Below, one piece after another: positions 12,133-25,102 of a stretch of DNA of 64,000 nucleotides. The notes below the pieces were generated by a model, which had not been told where the DNA came from, did no database searches, and saw only the letters and a list, made by a program, of their open reading frames with translations. The stretch comes from Macrostomum hystrix (Eukaryota; Animalia; Platyhelminthes). The position numbers and the translations under genes were made by a program. How positions within the stretch are numbered: position 1 is the first letter of the stretch; the number at the start of each line of letters is the position of its first letter. Location: positions 33,976,001 to 34,040,000 of the forward strand of contig CATNEN010000038.1 in assembly GCA_950097015.1 (NCBI GenBank), read 5' to 3'.

Positions 12133-13699
12133 AACATAGGCCTAATTATATAAAAAATAAAGCTACATTGTCATTGACATTGTCGACTACTAATACTAGG
12201 CCTATATTAGATTATTAGGCCTAGTCTACCAGTCTAGGTTCAACATTAGATTAGACTAAAAATATAAAGTAGGCCTAGGTCAAAACAGTAGCTGAAAAAT
12301 TTGCTGCAAATTATAAATTATATATGCAGCATTGCACTGTAGGGGGGCCTATTTGCACTTATAGATATATATATAAGTTATGCCTCATTTTTGCTTTTAT
12401 ATAGCTACAAGTTACAACCTATATGCCATGCCATGCAATACTAATACACTGATATATACTATTATATAGTAGAAACTTAATAAAAAAATAGAATAGGCCT
12501 AGGGCCTAGCAATTTCAGGTCTTTTTGTCTTCATTTATTTTAAATATATTGCCATTAGTTTGCCTTAGCTATTGACTTGTATTTGACTAAGAGTTCTCAT
12601 AGGCCTATTTTATTCACTATACTAGGCCTATACTTGATAGTCATATCATAGGCCTAGGCCTACTACTTCAGCTCAGTGCATGCTATAGCCAGTGACAGCA
12701 ATCATGTCTAAATTAATGCAGCTAAGAGGAAGGCAACCGTTCCCCTAAATGTGGGGCAAGAAATATCATTGCTATTAAGATATACGTATAAAATTTAGCT
12801 TAAAATGCCTAAAACCTGGGAGCCAACTTAGCTAGGCCTAGGCCTATCGCCTAACCTAACACATGTATGACTACATAAATGGAAAAAAAATTACTATTAA
12901 ACAAAATTGTTTATTCATATTTACCTACAAATTGCTCAACATTTTTTATTTTAAACGCACACTTTAGGTTATTATATAGAGGGCTTTTAAAGCTCAAGTA
13001 GGATCTATGTTGCTTAGTTCACTTTGTCTTTGGGGCTTTGAGCGGCCGAGTTTTAATCTAGTGAACTAAGTAGTGTCGTATGTAAAGTAAGCCTAAAAAT
13101 TTCTTCTTAAATCGAACAAATTGTAAACAAGTTTTTAATGTTTATATAGATCTTAATACTGGTTTACTATTTAAGTTTCTGTTCTATTTCTGCATAATAA
13201 GTCGTCCTAGCAGTTTTATATGTGGTGCAAATTAAAGGGATTTGTTTAAACCCGTTTGAAGCTCGTAAAAATTCTCCGAAATTAATTTAACTCATTGAAA
13301 TTTCTACGTAGTCAAAAATTCTCTTTTCTCACGAAGTCCTCGATTACCATAATACCATAATACTATAATACCATATACCATAATACGATAATAACACAAT
13401 ACATGCCCATTTTTTTATTACCCAAAAACTGTTATAGACAAGCTACAGCAGTTCCGCCGCTCCGGTCATTTAGCTCATTTTGTGCGCACAGCAATAATCG
13501 CAAACCCATGCAGCTGTAAGCCGTGCCACGTGACTAGGCATAATCATTCGAGGTTTTGCAATTTTGGTTTTCGCGACGAAAACTACTTGCTTTGGTAACA
13601 TAGACTTATAGCTTTTCATCCATTAACGGTTCATTCTATAACCTTGATGTTCTTTAAGCTTAAAATGCTTAAGCTTAAGAATAAGCTTAAGGTGCAAAT

Positions 13700-15850
13700 A
13701 TGCCGCGACCTCCGGGCGATGCTGGCCATTAGGCCGGTGCTCGTCCAGGTAAGGACGACCACCTTGCTGTTGCATGTGCTGCGGCTGCCAACTACGGGAG
13801 GACAGGAAGTCGTCCTCGCATGAGCGTGGACGACTGAAAGGTTACCTCCGTCGAGCTGCTGGCAATGCAGCAGAACTGCCAGCCCCTGCTTCTACGGCTT
13901 TGCCAGGTGGCGCAGGGGATCGTGAGACTCACCAACATCGGGTCACAACTGTGACAAATCGTGCACTAAAGCTAGCTACGTTCAACTGCCGAACTCTTAA
14001 ATCAACCTGGCGCAGGGGCATGCTCGCGCAACTGGCCACTAACCTGGCCAGCTGGACCTGGGTATGCTGCAAGAGGTATCAATAACTGCTGAACCAGGTC
14101 TTCGTGAGGATTCGGGGGGCTGGACGCTGTACTTCACGTCAGCGGACAGCAGAGGTCGCGGCGGAGTTGGAGCGGTTGTCGGACCCAAGGACAAATGAAG
14201 TAATATATATATATAACGTAAATAATATAAAATATATATATAATTTTATATATACATAAATATATATTATATATTTTTTATAATATATATATATATAATC
14301 CGAAATTCGGAAAATTTTCAAATCCACTGACCTTTAGAAATTAAGGTAGAGGTTGTATAGCCTAGTGGTTAAGGGCGTCGGACTCACGACTTGAAGTTCG
14401 GGGGTTCGATTCCCGACACTACTGAAACAATTTGTGTCCTTTAGCAAGACACTTAACTCTGCAGTGCTTCAGTTCACCCAGCTGTTAAATGGGTACCAGC
14501 ATTAGCTGGGATAATTGAAGGTGTGTGTGGCGTCTCCCCAGTCCATGGACTGAACAGCTGTACGCAGTCTTCAGATGCGCAGCGCAATAGCTGCGGCTGG
14601 ACTTTTGCCCACATCGTCGGAATCCCGAAGAAGTCGGGCACCACACGGATGGAGGAACATCGCGGGATTTTGCTTATGTCCTGTGCTGCGAAGCTGTTCA
14701 AACGGATGCTTAAGCACGGTTACAGCCTGTGCTGGACCCGTACCTGCGGTACGAACAGAACAGGTTGCGGCCCCACCGCAGCACTGTGATGAAAATCCTG
14801 GCCCTCCGCCGCATCATCGAAGAAGCGCACATCCACCAGTTAATCCTGGTTGCTCTTTTCGTGGACTTTCGCCTGGCTTTCGACTCGGTGGTACGTGACG
14901 CGCTGCCCCTGGTGCTCCGGGCCTACAATTAATATGCCGCAGCAGCTCATTATACCGCCATCATGGCGCTGTACGTCGACACCATCGCTGCGGTCGTGCC
15001 GCCAGATGGCCTGTCGGACCTGTTCAGCACGACCTCGGGAGTGCTGTAGGGGGACACTCTGGTTCCCTTTTTACTCGTACTTGTGATGGACTGGGTGCTC
15101 AAGACCGGAGAACGGCTTCTGCTGCGCCGGCGCACGAGCCGGCGGCACCCCCAGAATAGGCTCTGCGCTCTTGGCTACGCAGACGACATCGCGCTACTGT
15201 CCAAGACGGTTGAAGGCGCCCAACGGCTGCTGGATGGCCTGACAAAGGCGGCGGCGAGAGTCGGTCAAATCGTGAACGCGCAGAAGACCGAGGTGCTGAC
15301 GGTGCCGCACAATCTGCCGGCCGAGATTCTGCTCGGAGACGACAGCGGCCTCGGGATCCCGCTTTCGAGGTGCCGCCAGTTCGTTTATCTCGGCGGACTA
15401 GTGCCGGACGTGAGCGACGATTTGACAAGACGGTGCTGCCTTCGGGCGCGCTGACGGACAGCGCCAGGTCGCAGCTCTTCCAGGCGGTCGTTGAGAGACC
15501 GTGCTGCTCTATAATTCGGAGACCTGGACTCTGACGGAGGCGCTCGAGGGACAGCTCAACGCGACACATGCGGCCCTGCTTTGCGCTGCGTTTGGCACCC
15601 GCCGCGGCCCAGGAAGCGAGACGACCGACTACTTGTACTAGCGAGCGCGACTGACGCGGCCTTCCGAACTTCTCAGACAGCGGCACCTGCGGCTGGCTGG
15701 GCACATGACCATGGCTGGAGCCTACTGCCCTGAGCCGCTGCAGGATGTGCTTCTGTGAACTCCGCAGGGATCGCGCAGGCGCGGACAGGGACGATCGATC
15801 GTTACATTGACCTGTACTTCTCCGACGCGTGCGTTCCGCGCCAGGCTGAC
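13700..15850 (+). mobile_element. Decayed non-LTR retrotransposon (RTE-like): APE endonuclease start plus RT fragments, interrupted at ~14190-14570
   Basis: LKLATFNCRTL (EN start), PKKSG..EHRGILLMSCAAKLF, YEQN.LRPHRST, FVDFRLAFDSV, GVL*GDTLVPFL, LGYADDIAL; several frameshifts and stops. Confidence 0.88.
14345..14570 (+). mobile_element. tRNA-derived SINE (family A) with CORE-like body
   Basis: A box TAGCCTAGTGG, B box GGTTCGATTCC, then GTGTCCTTTAGCAAGACACTTAAC and CACCCAGCTGTTAAATGGGTACC. Confidence 0.8.
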
Positions 15851-16490
15851 GGAGCGAAGCATGTCCGCGAACTAGCCCTGAAGCGCGCGTTTTGACGCTT
15901 TCCCATTTTTCGGGCCACTGCGTGGCCTGTAAATTGCGTTTTAGTATTATTACTATTTTTGTTTTTATTAAGCTTAAATGAGCGAGCTGTGAACTCTTAA
16001 TTATCACGTGCAACCTCATTATTAAATTTTGATTTGTTGTTTTGATATTGAACACAACTTAAAGTACAGTTTTGATGGCACTTGGTTCTGATGCGACTTT
16101 ATTAAAACACTGCGGTTTTATGGTGTGCATGATTTATAGTGTGCAGTCTGAAGCATTACGAATATTTTGGACGACGAATTTATTATAGTAATTAGATAAA
16201 AAAAGTCCATTAAAAAATCGTAAATTAGTAACTGAATAAATTAAGACTGAAGAACTCTGAATATTGAACCTGAGCAATTCTCTTTTCCCGGACCAACAAA
16301 CTGTAGTCTGATCTGGCTGTCCCACACATGCACATTTGGCTTAAGCTTGTGTGATCTACTAGCTGCGCTTAAAATAAATTAAAGTAGTGAAAAATTGATA
16401 TTTTACTAACACAAAGGTTTTTTAAGTGAGCTAGTTGATTGTCAAGCAGCTCAGCTTCACTATTGGCAATTGTCTCACTAGAACAGGCTT

Positions 16491-19400
16491 TCAACCTGCT
16501 GGCCGTGCGGTGTCAACGCAAACCCAACAATCGCAGTCCTTATATGAGGAATCTTTCATCTTTCGACTGCCTTCAGGACAGGGCGCACTACAGCTGGAGG
16601 TCGGAGGTTCGCTGCCGCCTCGAGGCCACACAATATCTTGAGCATTCAAACTGAGACCAGAGCTACTGCTCCACTTGCCCACAGGTACATGCTCGTACCA
16701 ACCAGAGCTCGAGTTTCGCTGGTAGTTGTAGATTGTATAGGACGCCATTCCGTCGCCATTAGGATGATACTCCACCCTGCTGCCAGCTTGATCTGGAAGT
16801 AAAACGTTTGATGAAAGACGATGAAGTTGCTGAGTCTTAAGCGATATTGAATCTGATCTTCGCAGCAAGAGCAGTTGAGCTCGCATCAACGGCAAAGCCC
16901 AGTTAATTTGAGGCGAAGTTGCAGAGCAAAGACATGGAGACTTGTTATGTAACCAACTCGATGATCCAACTCGATGAAATTCCAGCACCCCGTTTGTCTC
17001 CCTTGTTTGTCTCCCTCTACTGGAACAGTTAATACTGTAATTGTGCTGTGTATCATTAAATCTGTGTACAGATGTACAGTCCGTGGACTGAGGCTACCAA
17101 CAAGCATACCAAAATTCAAATTTGGCATACTCTTCACAGCTGAGAGAGCTTGATGCATTAATTAGACTTAAAGCGGCTTGCTCAAGTCTAGGGTAAATTC
17201 GAACTCTGGACCTCTCGCGATTTAGATTATGAAGCACTAATCTCAGGTACAACCTTCCAGGTGTACAAGCTCGTGCATTGATGTCTATTCCAGGACGAAT
17301 AGCGAACCTCTAGCGACGTTGTACTACCCCATGTAAGAATTATTTTAACTGCTATAGTATGCATGTACGGCTGCAGCACAACAACGCAAGACCGCATGCC
17401 TGAAATTCAACTCTGAACACCTTGACTCTGAGACTTGACTGGCCCCAAAAAAACAGCTGGCTGTCTCCTAAGATGAAAGGAACTCTTCGTGGGGCTCATC
17501 GTACAACAATCCAAAGTCGGCAGACTTTCCCGACGTCAACCGACGTCCAGAGTCGTCGATCGCAAATAGGAAGTTTTACATTGCACCAACCTTCAATCGA
17601 CTTTCGCGTTTTAAGCTGATTCTGCATCTACCAAAGTTTTTTCTATGTTGTTCGTTTGTAAAAGTTCCCATTTGCCATCGACGTCGCTGCATGGACGTCA
17701 GTGACGTAGAAAAATTCTGTCGTCGTCGGATTGTTGTACAGTTAACGGTAGCTTTTCTGCTCTAAGCTCTGCCATTAACCAGAAGCTGCAAAGCACCCAT
17801 CGCTCGTAATTAAGGAAATTATTCGCTCAGACAAAACTGCCACAGAGATGACATACGTGTATGCAGCTTCTATTTACTCTTCAAATTTGTCAGCAAATTA
17901 ATGGCACAACTTGGGATTTCTAAAAGTGTTAAATCCCGGGGAATTCTGATCCCATGAATTGGTTGGACTAATCCCATAAATTCTGAGCCTATTTGGTTGA
18001 TTTCCGATAGCATTTGAAGCACCACAACAATCTGTTTTAATGAAGTTAGTTTTACGCTATAATTATTTTTCGCGACATTTAAAAAAGCTTTTAAAAGTGC
18101 TTACTAACAAAGGAGTTATTCTTTGACACGATGATGTCGTACAGATCGCTTCCAGGAAAATTCGTGACATTCTTCACGCATTCTTCAAATGCTCCGCTGG
18201 ACTTTGTATCGGAGTTGGGGTCCTGAGGTGAGCAGACACGGTCGATAATCTTGTCGAGAGCGTGCGCAAACGTAAAAACAGCGTCACTGACAAACTGGAT
18301 TTTCCACTGCTGACGGAAAAGACCTGGGTCGATGCGCAAGCTGTCGCTGCACTCTGATTTCGAAACAATATTTGAAGCATTGCGACTTTTTTCAAGTGTA
18401 CAGTTGAACCTTTGCTGCCAGAACTGATCAAAGTAGCGATTGAAATAAGCGAATCTAGGCCCACTTGAAACATTAACCATTCGGGGCAGTTTGGGCTTCA
18501 GTGATGTGAAATATTTATCAAAATTTGGCTTTTGAGGAACATCCAATCGAATTGTGATTGCGCCATTGAAAATTTCCGAGTTGCCTTCAAATGCGAATCC
18601 CTCATTTCCCGACAGTCCCAGGTCCATAGACAGCCAGACAAACCTGCCAGGTGAAACTCCAGCTTGCCTGGCTGCTTCAATAAACACTTTGACTGATTCA
18701 AATGGAAGAAAAAGTACTACAATGAAATCTTTCGATAGAGACTTCAGAGCGTGCGTAATCGTTTCGAGCTGTCGAGGTCTGGCGTCTCGCGACAGAAGAT
18801 AGTGCTGTGCGATGCATATTCCACGTTTCTTAACGCTCTCTTGAAATGATCTCAGTGCAAGATCTGCAAATGATCTCTCGCTAGAAATTGTAATTATAAA
18901 GTTCCACTGTTTGAATTGAGCAACAATGTCCGCCAGAACTCGCCCCTGCTCACTGTCTGAAGGCAGTGGGCGAGCAAACATAGGGAATAAGGTGCGATCG
19001 CTTAGCTCAGGCGTTGACGCTGCGTAGCTCAAAACTGGAATATCGAAAAGGCTCAGAATTTGCACAATACGCATCGTAATATGGCTGTAGGTCGGCCCAA
19101 CAACTCCTCGGATGGGCGAACCGACGCGAACCGCCGGCTTCCTGGCGGCATCCGAATTCGATTTTGGGCAGAAGAAATCCGCTACGCTCGGCCAGTTGCC
19201 ATCGCTGCTCCAGCTCAACTTGGGCACAAACCTGATAGCCTTCTGCAGGGCAGTTTTAGTGTCAAAGCAGGTGTCCAACAGCAGAGCACCAAGAGTAATC
19301 TTGTGCTTGCCGTATCTCAGCAAACGCTTGTCCGAGTTGACCTCCTTGAGGCTGAGTATCATCGCCTCCATACGCTGGATGCCCCTATCGAAGCTGATGG

Positions 19401-19539
19401 TCGAGCAGTTGCTATTATCAGTCACGGGGAATAGTCCTCCCAAAGTAATATCTCCAGGAATCAAGACACTGTCGTCTGACAAATCAGTGCTCGCTACGGA
19501 AGCAAACAGAGTCAGTGTTGCTATTAGCAGCAGGAGCAT
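16491..19539 (-). CDS. Metabotropic glutamate receptor-like ectodomain (signal peptide, Venus-flytrap, partial Cys-rich domain). Exons 19539-18105 and 16792-16491; no 7TM found
   Basis: IPGDITLGGLFPV, GIQRMEAM, LGALLLDTC, SYAASTPELSD, DAVFTFAHAL, NGDGMASYTIYNY, PTSSCSAPC, CWVC; phase-1 GT-AG intron joins the two exons. Confidence 0.85.
17501..17739. mobile_element. MITE-like element with imperfect TIRs (GTACAACAATCC...GGATTGTTGTAC) in the mGluR intron
   Basis: 12-bp perfect inverted match extending imperfectly to ~50 bp. Confidence 0.6.
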
Positions 19540-20772
19540 CGCTGCTATATCTTTGTCGAGTATGTTAGTCAGCGAAAGAACAGAACAGATCCACGCCTGT
19601 GTGGCTTAACCAGAATTATAGGCTATATTTAATAATGGCTGTCAATGTGATGATTGCCCGATATGATAAGCTTAGTTCGTGCTTTACAAGCGTTTAGGTT
19701 AGCTGACTGCACGTTGTGTATTGGCCGCGGTAATAAACTTGACGACAAAACGCCTTAATTGCAGAAAGATGATCCGCTGACAACTCGATCTGCATTCAAC
19801 ATACCTGCGGGCATGTTTACAGTTAGGTGTACATTTTTTAGGTTTTATCGTCGTTGGAAGCTGTGCGAGTACATACTTTGCTTGTTCGCTGCCCAACTAA
19901 TTCGCAACTCGAATGCGAAATCAGCATGCGTTCAACATGCAGCTGCATGTGTATACAATTGAAATGAATTGTGACACCTATAACGAGCTCGATTTATGAA
20001 TTTAAAGCAATGATGATATCTCCCAGAAGCGTTGTGCCCCCGTTCAGGTCGTATAACCGTAGCATTTAGCCGTATATAGACTTCCCTACTAAATTCAGAT
20101 GTAGGTGTAAAAACACCTTAATTACAACGGGACCTTTAAAGTTGTCTGGCAACGTTCTCCTAAGTTGGCTAACAGTAGTACATAAAGCGCATTGGGATTC
20201 GTTTCAAATTAACGTCCCCTCTTGAGCTGCTGTATTTTTTGTTAGAAATCAGCAAAACAAAAAGATTAACATACTCCAATAGAAATAGACTATGAGATAG
20301 TTTCCATGTTAAGTTTAGTTGTAACATAATTGTCGACAAATTTTGAAATATTTATTGTCTCGAAACACGTAAATTACGAAATTAGAAATCTACTTAAAAT
20401 GGAAACATGGTTTTTATATCTGAGAGCTGGAATTCGCGTGACAAATTAGATTTAAATCCTAAATATCATCCCTGAAAAATAGCATAAAATGAAATTTGCG
20501 ACAATTAGCCTATTAGCAGGACAGAAGACAAAAGTCTTTAGGGAAGAAAGCACGATATAGGCCATAGATCAAAGTAGGATATAAAAAAATTGGCTAACCA
20601 CTAGATAAATAGTAAAATCAAAATCATCTTCAAAAATTGCACAGTTGAGGGCACACACCTGATTTCCTACTTTCTTGCGCATCGCAGACAAAAAACTAGA
20701 TCCGTGAGACGACAGCGGGAAATATCGAAAAGGTGACAGGGAATTGGACATATGGGACAGGCGAGACAGGAC

Positions 20773-21425
20773 AGGAGAGAGCTAAGACTGGAGAGAGATA
20801 AGACTGGAGAGAGATAAGACTGGAGAGAGCTAAGACTGGAGAGAGAAGACTGGAGAGAGAAGACTGGAGAGAGATAAGACTGGAGAGAGATAAGACTGGA
20901 GAGAGATAAGACTGGAGAGAGCTAAGACTGGAGAGAGATAAGACTGGAGAGAGATAAGACTGGAGAGAGCTAAGACTGGAGAGAGCTAAGACTGGAGAGA
21001 GATAAGACTGGAGAGAGATAAGACTGGAGAGAGCTAAGACTGGAGAGAGATAAGACTGGAGAGAGCTAAGACTGGAGAGAGATAAGACTGGAGAGAGATA
21101 AGACTGGAGAGAGATAAGACTGGAGAGAGATAATACTGGAGAGAGATAAGACTGGAGAGAGCTAAGACTGGAGAGAGATAAGACTGGAGAGAGATAAGAC
21201 TGGAGAGAGCTAAGACTGGAGAGAGATAAGACTGGAGAGAGATAAGACTGGAGAGAGATAAGACTGGAGAGAGATAAGACTGGAGAGAGCTAAGACTGGA
21301 GAGAGATAAGACTGGAGAGAGCTAAGACTGGAGAGAGATAAGACTGGAGAGAGATAAGACTGGAGAGAGATAAGACTGGAGAGAGATAATACTGGAGAGA
21401 GATAAGACTGGAGAGAGATAAGATA
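20773..21425. repeat. Minisatellite, 16-bp unit AGACTGGAGAGAG(A/C)TA downstream of the MORN gene
   Basis: Tandem copies visible directly. Confidence 0.95.
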
Positions 21426-21687
21426 TTCACGGGAGATATTAAGAGACACGCAAGAGAAAAGACAGAACACATATAGGATGAAATATAAGAGCTATGAGAC
21501 AAGAGAAATAAAACAAGCAAAGAGCGATGATATAAGACATGAGAGAGTTGAGGCATAAGAGTTGAGGCATAAGTACAACCGCAAATACAGGCCACAATAT
21601 TCAAGAATAACTTTGCATAACAAAAGGCCCAATAAGCCATAAAAAGTTTAGTAAATACTCTCGTATACTATCTCACATGATGGCCTC

Positions 21688-23180
21688 TCACGCCGGCAAC
21701 CTGACAAAAACTATCGGAGGCGCTCGACGATTCTCGTCGCATCCGCAACCGCCGCCGGTGGCTGCAATGGCCCGCGCGCGCTTAGCGCAATGCACAGCCG
21801 TTGACACCGCCTGCGGCTGTAGCGACTGACGCAGCATTCGAGCTCCGCGGAAGAAGCCCTCCCGTCTAGGCAGACCGAAGTCTTCGACGCCAGCGTTCTC
21901 TTCACGACCATTGTAAAATACGGCAACGCCCGGACCGTCCGGTGAGCCATTGCTGAACTGTCCGGCAAAGTTGACAACCCTGCTGCTGCCGCTCTTGCCT
22001 GCGTATGCGTGTTTGAGCGGAGTTAACAATGGGAATATCAAGAGTTGGGACAGAGCAGTCTAACACGTTGGCTTCTCGTACCCCTGAGTTCGATTCCGCG
22101 GCGAGGCCACATATGCGGATGCAGTTGCGGAGAGAAGGCTTGTGGGCTTGTCGTGCAATTTACGCCCTTGAGGGAACAGTGCACAGTGAGAGTGTACACT
22201 GGCTGACAATGAGAAACTCAGGGCAGTTGTACACACCTGTGTGAGTGTGTGCTCAGGAGTCAGCGGAATGGGCAGAATGCCCTAGTCGCTGACTGAAGGT
22301 CAGCTGACACTAAATTATATGCCAGTGCCACATCCATCCTGAAAATTTTCTTATTCTTAAATCTTATCAGTGGGAATATCAAGCTCCAGGCCAGACGATC
22401 AAGACACAGGTGGTCGACAAGCTGGTGAAATTTGAATGCTTGCCAAATCTGAACCGATGTGCAGTGCAGAGAGTTTGTGTAGAGAGTGTGCACTGAATGC
22501 TTTAACAGTAGAAAGACCACACTGGGACTAAATTCCGCCCCGGGGAAAAGACTACGGGCCATTTCAAATACCCGCTGCCTACTGTCACGATAGCTCCCAA
22601 ACCGAATGATAGATTTTCATCAAAGTCTACCATTTAATTTTCCGCCCTTTAATGGACTAATTTTCAAAGCCATCAGCATCAGAGTCAGCATCGTCAAGAT
22701 ATTCAGCGATTCTTGTTGAAAACTTTTGTGACAAAAACAAGCCCCATTGCTCTGCGCGAACCTCTACGGCGAAACCATATTGGTTTAAAAAAAAGAAAAA
22801 AATTGTAGTTAAATCCGTATTAACTCATTGATAGGATTTTTATAGCCCTTGGCCTAATTGTGACCCTGCAACTCACCACTGTTATCATTGCAAGCCATCT
22901 GACCGAAGCCTTCAATACGACCCCGACGAATTTGGCCGTAGTACACATAGCTTGCAGTTGCTAAGCAACCAAGTCCATTTGGCAGACCGTTCGACCACTG
23001 ACCATGATAGCTGATTTTTCCGTCAGTGAAGCAGCCAAAACCGTCTTTTAGATTGCAGCCTTCAGAGCGGTCTCCATGATATACGAAATCGCCAGGATTG
23101 TGCATGCTAAGCATTGGTGGTTCAGCATCGCTTGCTTCATCTGCAGTGGACTTGGACTTCAAATTTGACAAGTGACTCAT
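21688..23180 (-). CDS. MORN4: MORN-repeat protein, MORN4/retinophilin-like. Exons 23180-22877 and 21998-21688
   Basis: MORN repeats YHGQWSNGLPNGLG, YYGQIRRGRIEGFG, FAGQFSNGSPDGPG; C-terminal GLPRREGFF...AVSTAVHCAKRAR resembles MORN4; phase-1 GT-AG intron. Confidence 0.72.
22043..22310 (+). mobile_element. tRNA-derived SINE, family B
   Basis: GAGTTCGATTCCGCGGCGAGGCCACA head; body shared with copies at 51.8 kb, 57.2 kb and 57.4 kb. Confidence 0.8.
22520..22786 (+). repeat. Dispersed ~270-bp repeat, homologous to 46600-46866; probable DNA-transposon relic
   Basis: Shared blocks TTTCCGCCCTTT, GAGTCAGCATCGTC(A/G)AGATATTCAGCGATT, AACCTCTA...CCATATTGGTT. Confidence 0.75.
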
Positions 23181-25102
23181 ACTTTAGCTTCCAACTGCGC
23201 TGGAGATTTGATGGATTGATCGCTACAATGATATAAAAGAAAACAAAAAATCGAAAACTTATAACGTAAATAAAGTATTTAAGCAAAAGGCACAAGATTT
23301 CTGGGGCATCATGATTCACCAGCACTTACAGTCAAAGATTATGACAAGGAAAAGGACTGCCTTCATATTCACTTAATTGGCAATTTTTGTAATTTTGTAG
23401 TATTAAATACTAAAGAGTCAAATGCAACTGCAGCTAAAAAATCGTTTTCGTAGCTATTAGAAGTAAACAGGAAACTTATTTTTTTAATAACCAAATTTCT
23501 TGATACTAAATTAAAATATTTGTTTAGCTTATATGGTAAAAATTGTTATATTAAACGTATAATTTTAAAACAGTGACACTTCTTGACGGGCGAGTTTCGT
23601 CGTCGGACGATTTTGTCTTCTTTTTGCTTTTACTTTTGCTATTGTTATAACGTCGCTAGTCGCGCTAATCCCCGAATAAACAGGCAACTTAAAGCAAGTA
23701 CTTTAATAAGCTAAATGTTTCGCTGATGATGCCTGGTTAATTTTTTTTTCTAATTTCTAGCTCCTGGTTTCTGAATCTTACTCATGAATCTAAATTTCTA
23801 TTTTGGTTCTTGCTTATTCTTCATGACTTAGATTTCAGTTATGAAGTTTTTATCTACTATCGCAAACGGTTATAATAACCTACCGAAGCAATATTCTATT
23901 TATTAAATTTCTAGCTATTCAGTATTAACTAATCAGGCTATCTTGCAAACAATTGTACTTAAGTTGTGTTGTTGCCAAGCCAGGCTACTCCTTTATTTAC
24001 TTTACTTGTGATGGCGCCAAAGTTGTTAAGAGAAGTCTTTCTTATTAAGTTTATTACTGATCAGTCAATCTGTTCTAGTTGTTCCCTGCCTTTAATCATC
24101 TGAGACTAAGGATTAGGCCTATGTCTATAAGATTCTCAATATATTATATTATAATATTATGTGTACATGTATACACTGTTGGGCCTGGGTAAATACCCAA
24201 CAAATCTCAATGTTTTGTGGGAGGGCCCTTTCTTAATTATTCGCAAATGTCACTAAGTTGTAGGAGGGCTCTTTATTTACTTTCTTACGTTTAACACGTT
24301 ACTATAATTTTCCAGTATAACACATATAATTAGTTATTTAGAGTATTTATTAACTCTATGGTAGCATGTGAGTGTCCAGGCGGTAAGACACTATTTTAAT
24401 CTGATTCACACAAATAACTCTTATGTATATTTATGTTAGTGACACACAGTCTTTTATTAAGTTCAGTCCGACAAAGGCTACCAGTGGATCGGAGGGTGTC
24501 CAATCTCACACTCTCTCTTATTAGGAATTACTCCTTTAGTTTTCCTCTATTTTATTCTGCAATATCTGCTATAATTCAATCCCTTCTGGGTTTTACTGTC
24601 TAGGTTAGATCCAACCTAAATATCTTATTTCAATACAAATTCTTTCCTTATGGCATATAATTTCCAGCTTGTAGCTCTCAACTAAATGAACAATAACAAC
24701 CTTTTCACTTGAAACAGTTTGCTTATAGAACTGCGGGAAGAACGCAAGTTAACTTTTCCCGTCTAAAGTTGCTCGTATATATATTGCTTTCTTGGGGCAG
24801 CGGACATAATTAAAACAAAGAGCATCATACAAACAAATATTCAAATTTTTTGGTAACACTATGTTTCTATGAAAACTATAAAATTTAAACGTAAAGATAC
24901 GGTATTTTCTCAACTATTACAACTGGCTTCCCTAATTAAAATTTATGAATGAAGTGAAAGTTTATTTTTCCAATAAAAAAACATACACTAAAGAAACAGA
25001 TGAGCGCAATATAACATGAATGAGAAACATAAAACATAAATTTTATGGATGCATAAGATGACGCAGATAGAGAAAAATTGAATTGTAAAACATAAGTCGC
25101 AC

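Noticed and set aside
14345-14425. tRNA gene
   Set aside because: A/B boxes run into a SINE body; no full cloverleaf or terminator evident
15099-16055. 318-aa minus-strand ORF
   Set aside because: Antisense shadow of the GC-rich LINE RT relic
21210-21640. SLSSLISLQSYLSPVL repeat ORFs
   Set aside because: Translation of the 16-bp minisatellite
24862-24921. Element with true 60-bp LTRs
   Set aside because: No TSD around the 60-bp pair; a matching GTTT appears only if the 3' LTR extends to 24216, so the 28414 copy is better read as a truncated LTR
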